A stretch of 64,000 nt of DNA from NCBI RefSeq assembly GCF_009914755.1, contig NC_060925.1, one strand, 5' to 3'. Under the pieces are notes generated by a model. It had not been told where the DNA came from. It did no database searches and saw nothing but the letters and a program-made list of their open reading frames with translations. This document shows positions 54,784 through 64,000 of the stretch, piece after piece (within the stretch, counting starts at the first letter, position 1; the number at the start of each line of letters is the position of its first letter). Made by a program: the position numbers and the translations under genes. Source of the DNA: the human T2T-CHM13v2.0 reference genome, Homo sapiens.

Positions 54784-57114
54784 TCTATGAGGGAATTAAT
54801 CTATGAGGGAATACAGACCAGTGACCTCAGAATAGAGAGGTGAGATACAATGTGTGACAAAAAAAAAAAAAAATCTAAGCAACAGAAAAGACACTGTCCT
54901 GCCTTTCTCTTAAATCCACTTTGCACTTTGTGTATGAAAGAGAAACCAGGCTTTGTCACTGGCACTGACAAGGACCAGTAGCAGATCCGAAGAGGATGTC
55001 AGACCACAGCAAAGGCGTTAACCAAAGCACCCACAGTGTTATGTAGCTTTGAGCTACAGGGAATAACGAGTCTCTGTCTTGATTTGTTTTTGAACAAGGG
55101 AAGCACTTAAAGAGATGGTAAATAGGCTTTGTTTTGAATTTTTTAGTTTTGTGCCTAGACCAAGTAATGTGATCATTATTATCCTTGAAATATTTTTATC
55201 CATTTCTAGTAAGTTGCAGAATATTCTAATTTTGGAGAATAAGTTATTCCAGTTCATTTCGTTGCTGCCTTAAACAATGAAGAATGCAAACTTGACCACA
55301 AAGACCTCAATAATCAACTCATAGAGAATCATAAAATTTTACCTCTCATCAGGACCTTAGAGAGCAAAGAGTTCCGTCTCAAGGTTTCAGAGATGAATAA
55401 ACAGATCCAGAGAGGTTAAATGACTTTGACCAAGGTCACAGTGTTCATCTACAACTGCACTGGGACTATAACCAAGAACTCCTGAAACTGTTTCATTGTA
55501 ATTCTACCACTCCATGAAGCTTTCATAGGGCAAACTGCATATAAATATATTAAAGGGCTCCAAACTGCAAGACAATTCTAGATTCATATTCCATACCCAT
55601 CTACGTTACACAAATTACCAAATCTTCCCCATGTTAAAAAAAAATATGTGGAGTGGTCAGCATTGTGATTGTACACACACAGACACACACACACACACAG
55701 ATACTTAAAACTTTATTATATTTTAAAGATGTGCCAAGATATTTTTCATAGGTTTACATATTTACCAGTATAAATCATAAAGAAAGGGTATTTCAGTAGA
55801 TTGATTTAACCCAGGATTTTGTTCTTCTAAAATACATGGATTCTCTTTAGAGATTACAAACCATATAGCTTTGTATACATTATAAATAACATATACATAT
55901 TTTAATACTTCCATTAAGGAAGAATAGTAAATCATAAGTGTTTTGCAACTGGACTTTAATCTATGCCAGAGAAATGCCCTTGTTATTCTGTTGTTTCTTG
56001 GGTTGTCCTTTATCATTTTCCTTGCTGGCCTAATCACTTAAAATATAACCTTGGAAAAGTACCTTACTTTTCTGAGTTCTAACTATTTAAAAAAACTATG
56101 GATAAGTACATTTATAAAACTTTCTCCTTATTTCCTTATTACAGTTTTTATTCTCGTTCTGCAAAGAAATACACCTAAGTCAGTCCCTCTTTTTCACTCA
56201 AATTTCTCACTTCCTATAGCAAATGCTAAAAAAAAAGGTAGGAACTGACTGCACTCCCCCTTCTGGTAGTATTTTAGCCACAAGACACACATTGTTGGGC
56301 CATTTGAGATGTGATTAAAGCTCAACTAGCCTACTTCTCCCACTGGAGAGAACTTGTTACCAAAGGAGAACGGTCTATTACTGCCAATAAAAATAGAATC
56401 AAGTGTGTATGTGTGCATTATATATCACAAAAAACCTTTCAATGTTTTATCTCATTTCATATTCACAACAATATTGTGAGGAAAATATTACTTCTGAGTT
56501 CAGATTAAGAAAGTGTGGTTATTTCATAATGTATGATTATTTACACAAATTAACAGTTCATATCAATTATTAATTACTTATGAATTACTCATATCATTTC
56601 CCAGATAAACAATAATTGCAAATAAAATTTATTGAGTTTCTCCCATATTTATTGACAAATCCTAAGACATATAAAAATATCTCCATTTTTCATATGAGCA
56701 AACTAATACTTAGCAAATATAAGTCATTTGTCCAAGTTCACACAGCTAACAAGCAGTAGAGTTGAATTTGAATTCAGTCAGTATGCGTATATAGCCAATA
56801 GTTAAAAATGCAGTTAAGCTATGAAAATTGTCAAGAAATAAAATAAAGACATGAAGAGGAACAGGAAACAAATGAAATCAATTATAGTTATTGCTAATAT
56901 AGTTAATGTTATTGATCATAAATTTTACCTAGAGGTTTCCTATTGGCAACAGAGCTGAAAAGGAAAACGTGGTTGATTCAGTAACATCTCTTTCCTAATT
57001 TTGTAAAGTTAAAAAGGGAGCTGCAAAGAATTGAAAAGTAGAGATATATATGTCATTGAAGTTAAATAATGAAATAATTTCTCTTTGGTGATCTAATGTC
57101 CACAAACGTGGTAT

Positions 57115-57560
57115 ATGTGCTGGGTCTACTCCACTGCCTTCTCTGAACCCCTTCCTGGGCTTCTGTCCTCCTCCGCCTTGCCTTAGAGGTGACCTTAACG
57201 ACCCACATCAGTGTATTTCCTTACCCTCTTCTCTTAGGTTTTTCCAGTGGAGGACAAGCAGATAATTTGAGGGCCAACGATGGAACAGTAAGGTTTATGT
57301 ATTTATTCTTCCTGCTGGGTCACTGTGGATCATCTGTGTCCCTCTGTTGCAGACTACCTGTCAGGCAGCCCTCTCAGAATTTGGGCAATTGCTCCTTCCC
57401 TGCTCCTTCGGACATAGGGTAAGGGTTCCTACCTGTTGTGAGTCCAGGAATACTAAACCATCCCTTGTTGGCTTTCCTAAATTCTGTCCACCTCTTTGCA
57501 AGTAATCCATTTATAAAATTCTCCACAAATCTCCAAAGTAACTTATCTGTCTCCAGAGTC
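57115..57560 (+). mobile_element. LTR40/LTR41-like ERVL solo LTR
   Basis: ACCATCCCTTGTTGGCTTTCC..TGTCCACCTCTTTGCAAGTAATCC. Confidence 0.6.
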
Positions 57561-58483
57561 TATAGGCGTTCCACTGTCACATGAATGCCACACCATACTG
57601 CACATATGACTCGCTGATAAGAAAGGGCTATCCATTTGCCTTTTAAATTTGCCAAATATAACCAATCTGTAACAGGAGAGTTGCCTGACATTCAGTTTTC
57701 CAAATACCTTGTAATTAAGTACTTGCTTCTTTAGTTATTGGGTCAGACACTTCCTGTTATTGCATTTCATTTAGGAGTGTTGAGTTTCTATAGCTGTCTA
57801 AGAAAATCAGCAGTAATTTTCCTAGGGTTACACAATTACCACAAACACATTTATGTCAACATTCACATTGTTTGCCATAGCAAAAAGCTCTTAATAGTTA
57901 CAACTAGCATTAAGGCTCAGGGTATACTCTTTATATCTCTATATTTTTAGTTCCTCAACCTCAGTTCTGTTTTTTCTAAGCCAGTTGACAAATATGTACT
58001 TTTATCTGAAATACAAATTATATGTGCAATATAAGATAGATATGCCAATTTTAAAATGTGTGGCTGTAGAATTAACAGAAAATTTTTCCTTGTACACTAC
58101 ATTACATCATTTAATAAATGAGCACTGGTTTTACCATTTTTAACATTTTTGCCACCTTTAACGAGAGATTTCTTCTGTGTTTTCTTATATCTGCCAGGGT
58201 AAAAAGTCACTAGAAAGTTAAGGTGTTTGAAATCAAAAGTGATGTCCTTTTAGTGCAGAGAATCATGTTTGAGACTTCTTAATAACAGAAGAAGAGTCAA
58301 AGATGAAACAAGCTTGGCTCTGCCACAAATTTTATTTTAATCTAGTTCTCTTTTCACAGGACAGACTCAGAGGCATGGAATCTGCATCCTCTGAGGGTAA
58401 CCACTAAAAGAGATGTCACTGACAATAGAGTAGATTCTACCACAGCTGTCTGAAGCAAGTACTTTAAAATGAAGCTTAGTAAT

Positions 58484-58487
<4 letters not shown>

Positions 58488-58515
<28 letters not shown>
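58488..58515. repeat. Isolated poly(A)28 tract
   Basis: Read directly; no retroelement body upstream. Confidence 0.95.
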
Positions 58516-59616
58516 GAAAGTCCAAATGGAAGACTCATACAAAAGTCTTACATAGATGTACACTGCCTATAAATGTAGGTAATTTGAAAAGGGCCAGATC
58601 TATTGAACTTCACCATAAATCAGATTAAAATTAGATTTAAGATTAATCGATATTTGATCTAGGGACCAACTTAGCATCTTTTACATAACGTGTCCAGAGA
58701 GTAATCTTAGAAATCATTAATGATTTAGTTTTGTCTTCCCTTTCTGTAAGAATATTATTTACAGAGTAATAAATTGAATTAGGTTGATACCTGCCCAAAT
58801 ATGCTTAATGGCAAACAGAATTGAAAGAATCTTTGCGATATTTACTTGCAAGAAAATATTGCAGCAGCCGGTCCTGTGCAGGCCAACTCACATTGTTTCG
58901 GGTTTCTTTGCTATTGTTGTTGTTTGTTTCTTTGTTCGTTTTGCAATTTCACAGTGTTTATTTGATTTGCCTTTCTTTAGAGGTCCTGCTGCACTGTCTA
59001 TTTCAGATCTTTCTCAAGGCTTTTTCTAAGGTTAAAGAAAATTGATGTAAAGTTGCTGAGGTAACTTCAGTGGTATATTCATATGCATTTGTGTGTGTGC
59101 AACTGTGTGTGTGTGTCACAGTAGTTCTGTGAAAACCACATTTTCCTTCAGAATTCAAAGCAAAATAGACCATTTTAATGAAAAACATAACAGAAAACCT
59201 TTTCTGGTTCTCAGTGGCAGCACAACATAAACCTCTTATTCAGTTGCTGTTCACAAACTCTAGTCCAGATTCATAATGGTCATAACCAGTATGTTCCTTA
59301 TAAATAATATGGTAGTGTTCAGGGCAGACATTTAAATCAAACGGGACTTGAAACCCAGATTCGTCCCAGTTATGTTCAGACATTGAGAAAATTAGTAACA
59401 CACCATTCTAAGTCTTTGAAGCATCAGTAAAGTAGAATGAAAATTAGTTAAATCTTACAACTTCAAAATATCAGTGTCTTTGAATTAATTTAAAGGAATA
59501 ATGGCCACAGGAGACATTATTTTAGTCCCTAATACATAGTAGAAACTAAATAAATGGTATGTTTTATATTTATTATTAATAAATATTTTTCTGATATAGT
59601 TTCTCTCTTGAAATTA

Positions 59617-60066
<450 letters not shown>

Positions 60067-60102
60067 TTAACCTTCAGCTTCCCTTGCATCCAATTTAGGT
60101 GC

Positions 60103-60412
60103 TTTTTTTTCTCCTCTCTCTCTTTTTTTTTTTGAGATGGATTCTCGCTCCAGCCCTTCATGCTGGAGGGCAATGGCATGATCTCGCCTCACTACAACCT
60201 CCGCTTCTGGGTTCAAGTGATCCTCCCACCTCAGCCCCCCAAGTAGCTGGGAATACAGGTGCGTGCCACCACATCCAGTTAATTTTTGTATTTTTAGTAT
60301 AGACAGGGTTTTGCCATGCTAGCTAGGCTAGTCTCAAACTGACCTCAGGTGATTTGCGTGTCTTGGCCTCCCAAAGTGCTGGGATTACAAGTGTGAGCCA
60401 CCATATCCGGCC
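60103..60412 (-). mobile_element. AluS (Sx/Sz-like)
   Basis: Antisense dimer; TSD AATTTAGGTGCTT / AGTTTAGATGCTT. Confidence 0.93.
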
Positions 60413-60429
60413 AGTTTAGATGCTTCTTT

Positions 60430-61711
60430 TAGAAACTTCTTTCCAGATTTTAAGGTTTAAGTGAAAAGCAAAAATTGTATCTATTTATGGTGTCTGATAT
60501 GGTGTTTTGATATATGTATACATTATGAAATTATTAAATCAATCTAATTAACATATCTGTCCAAATATATACTCATTATTGTTTTTGGTGAGAACATTTG
60601 ATCTTGTCTCTTAGCAATTTTCAAGTATACAATACTTTTCTACCAACTATATTAACCACACTGTATAATAGATCCCCAGAAGTTATTCATTCCATCAAAC
60701 TGTAATTTTGTACCCTTTGACAAACATCTTGCCATTCCTTAAATCCCATCCCAGATACTGGTAACCGCCATTCTATTCTCTGCTTCTAGGTTCAACTTTT
60801 TTGTAGATTCTACATATAAGTTCATGCACTATTTGTCTTTCTTTGCCAAACTTATTTTAGTTAGCATAATGTTCTCCAGTTTCATCTATGTTCTTATAAA
60901 TGACAGGATTTCCTTCTTTTTTAAGGCTAAGTAGAATTCCATTATATATATGCCAAATTTTCTTTAGACATTCATCCCTTCATGGACACTTAAGTTGATC
61001 CCATATCTTGACTATTGTGAATAATGCTACAGTGAATATGGGGTACATACATCTTTTTCACACACTGATTACATTTCCTTTGGAAATATTCTTAGAAGTG
61101 GGATTTCTGGGTCCATTAGAAGTTCTAATTCTAATTTTTTAAGAAGTTGACATACTGTTTTCCATAATGGCTGTACCAGTTTACATTCCCACCAATAGTG
61201 TACAGGGTTCTTTTTCCTTACATCCTCTCTAACACTGATCTTCGTCTTTTTGGTAATAGCTATTCTAAGAAGTGTGAGGTGATCTCTCATTATGGTTTTA
61301 ATTTGCATTTTCCTGATGATTAGTAATGTTGAACACTTTTTTTGTATATCTGTTGACCATTTGTATGTCTTCTTTTAATCTATTCAAGTTATTTGCCCAT
61401 TTTCAATTGGATTATTTGCTTTCTTGCTATTGAGTCATTTGAGTTCCTTATATATTTTGGATATTCACCCCCATCAGATGTATGGTTTGCATATATTTTC
61501 TCCTATTATGTAGGTTGTTTCTTTATGCCATTAATTGTTTCCTTTGGTGTGCAGAAGTTTTGTAGTTTGATGAAATCCCATTTATTTTTGCCCTTGCTGT
61601 CTATATTTTTGGGGTAATATTCAAAATATTCTTCTCAAGACCAATGTTGAGAAGCGTTTTCTCCTATATTTTCTTCCAGTGGTTTTACTGCCTCTTGTTT
61701 TAAGCCTTTAA
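60430..61711 (-). mobile_element. L1MA7-9-like 3' segment
   Basis: AATTGTATCTATTTATGGTG, AGCAATTTTCAAGTATACAATAC, TTTACATTCCCACCAA. Confidence 0.9.
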
Positions 61712-62259
61712 ACAATAACATCATAAAATGGGGAAAAAATTAACCAAAGAGATAAAAGATCTGTACACAGAAAACTTAAACATTGATGAATGAAATCGAA
61801 GAAGACTTAAACAAATGGGAAAATATCCCATGTTTATAGATTAGAAGAATTAATGCTATTAAAATGTCCATACTACCTAAGCAATCTACAGATTCAATGT
61901 GCTCTCTATTAAACTTCCAATGACATTTTTCACAGGAGTAAAAAAAAAAAAAATTCTAAAACTCACATAGTCACAAAGACCCTGAATATCCAAAAGTCTT
62001 AAGCAAAAAGAACAAAGCTTGAGGCACTATACTACCTGACTTCAAAATATATAACAAAACTATAGTAATCAAAATAGCATGGTAATAGCATAAAAACAGA
62101 TGTATAAATCAATGGAACAGAATAAAGACCCAAGAAATAAATTCACGCATTTATAGTCAATTAGCCTTCAACAAAGATGCCAAGAACACACAATGAGGAA
62201 AGAACTGTCTCTTTAATAAACTGTGGTGGGAAAACTGAATATCCACATGCAGAATAATG
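61712..62259 (+). mobile_element. Inverted 5' segment of the same L1MA (ORF2)
   Basis: AAGCAATCTACAGATTCAATG, CTACCTGACTTCAAAATAT..ATCCACATGCAGAATAATG; maps just upstream of the minus segment in L1 order. Confidence 0.8.
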
Positions 62260-62459
62260 GTTTCAGCACTTTTATAACCCATTACCAATCACTCCTCTTT
62301 TAAAACACACACTACTCACATTCTTTTTATTATGGTAAAATAATTGAAAAAAAAATCATTGACATCACACCAGAATTCTCCATTAAAACCTTTTTAAGTA
62401 ATGTGTATCTTTTCAGCCATTGCGGTTGTAGCGATTTATAACTATATATCAATTTGCAT

Positions 62460-62810
62460 GACTAGTTATCCATTGTTGCCTGACAAAATGCCACAGTTTT
62501 AACAGCTGGAAAGCACAAAAATATTATTATATTGTATTATTTTGTGAGTCAGAAATTCAGGCTTCTCCCAGAACTACCAAGAATGGTACATTTCTTCTAT
62601 AGTCAATAAATTGAGGTCGCTTCAAGGTACTCATGTCACGGCTAGTATGGAGGGGACATGATATTTACTTATATGACCAAGCCTTGGATGGAAGGCTGGG
62701 CTCAAGTGGGCCCCTTTCTCTGCCATGTAGCCTGAAGGCCTCGCAACAAGGTGTATCCTGCAAGATAACAGGACTTCTTACATGGCCGCTCAGGGCACTA
62801 AAAGAACAAT
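62460..62810 (-). mobile_element. MLT1G/H-like LTR fragment
   Basis: TGTGAGTCAGAAATTCAGG..GGACTTCTTACATGGCCGCTCAGGGC. Confidence 0.65.
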
Positions 62811-63799
62811 GCAGAAGTAATTTAGCATGGTGCCTTAGATGTATCAAAGAATAAATAAATATTTGTGACCTAGAGATAAATGCATCTCCTAGAAATATTT
62901 TCAGTGTATTATATAACTAAAACTAAATTCCTTAACTCAAAGATATGCTTGATTAATTTATAGCAATTTGGGCTCTATGTTAAATCATATTCACTTCAGT
63001 GAGTATGAGCTTATGGATAAGATACTGCTGTTTCACTTAACTTGACCACAGCAAACTCTTCATTTGAGCACGGACAATAACAGTGTTTGGCAGCCAGTTA
63101 CACACATTGTACTTTGTTTGATATGCAGATGATGTAACAACAAAAGAAGACTCAAAGATCCCTATATCACAAGATGTATGAAGACAGGGACCTGTTATAC
63201 TGCATATTGTGCAGTATTTGTTGTATAAATAAATAAAATCCTCTCAATAAATACAGTATAGATTTTTCTTATGATTGGAAAGTTCATGCCATTACATTTA
63301 GATTTGTTCTTATTTTCCTTCCAAAATAAACATATATTTTATAGTTAGGAAGACAATGAAAATATTTTGACATTTAAATATTCATTTTTTTCACCCAGTA
63401 AATCTAGATGTTTCTATTAGGTGGTGGTAACTTTACTTGGGAATTAATCTGATCAACAAGAACAGGCTAAACACGAAACTAGTTCAAAACCAGTATACTC
63501 AATTCTTCAGCCTCATTTTAAGATTTTTAAACATTACATGATTCTTGTTAAAAGGAAAATGAATATAACATATAAAGGGATGATTTGCGACTTTGAATTA
63601 TATTAATAGTCATAAAGATATGACCACAGGTCAACAGCAAAAAAGAGAATAATGTGTGCTTCATTAATCACTCAAAAACTAAAATAAAATCAAAACCAAA
63701 ATATAAAATTAAACAAAGCACCAGTTTATGTTGGGGATAATTAGAAAAGGAATAACTGCAAATTACATTCTGAGAACTCACAAAGCTATTATCTATACA

Positions 63800-63904
63800 A
63801 CAATATCTATCATTTACTGAGCACTTAGAATGAACCAGGCATAGACCATATCATACAAGTCACTGTTCAAAAGAACAAATGAGTTATTACACCCATTTTA
63901 CAGA
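63800..63904 (-). mobile_element. MIR fragment
   Basis: CATTTACTGAGCACTTA..CCCATTTTACAGA. Confidence 0.75.
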
Positions 63905-64000
63905 TGTATTAGTCCATTTTCACACTGCTAAAATGACATATCTGAGACTGGGTAATTTCTAAAGGAAAGAGGTTTAATTGACTTACAGTTCCTCAGGGCT
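63905..64000 (-). mobile_element. THE1/MST LTR end, cut by the window edge
   Basis: TGTATTAGTCCATTTTCACACTGCT..GAGACTGGGTAATTT..AGAGGTTTAATTGACT. Confidence 0.9.

Overview
AT-rich, CpG-poor primate genomic DNA, most likely human or ape given an AluY and an L1PA3-like tail. I find no convincing host protein-coding exon, tRNA, rRNA, snRNA or CpG island. Much of the window is interspersed repeat: a near-complete THE1 MaLR provirus nested in an L1PB, L1 fragments of many ages, HAL1, CR1/L3, L2, MIR, MER5, about 14 Alu elements or monomers, solo LTRs (MLT1, MLT2B, MSTB, MER4A, MER41A, LTR8, LTR40/41-like) and microsatellites. The longer ORFs in the supplied track are mostly repeat-derived, and the rest look like chance frames. 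Subfamily names come from recalled consensus sequences and need RepeatMasker/Dfam confirmation. I cannot support a new multi-gene biological system here. The best leads are mutational fossils: a template-switch scar at 42.8-43.2 kb with inverted and distant copies; a TSD-flanked, polyadenylated orphan retrocopy at 41.5-41.9 kb; a THE1 internal ORF with about 420 frameshift-free codons; a two-step Alu pseudo-dimer; a TSD-less young L1; an Alu whose A-tail became a G4 tract facing an inverted Alu; and a twin-primed L1. A motif-dense unique block near 58.6-59.1 kb is a candidate enhancer or exon.
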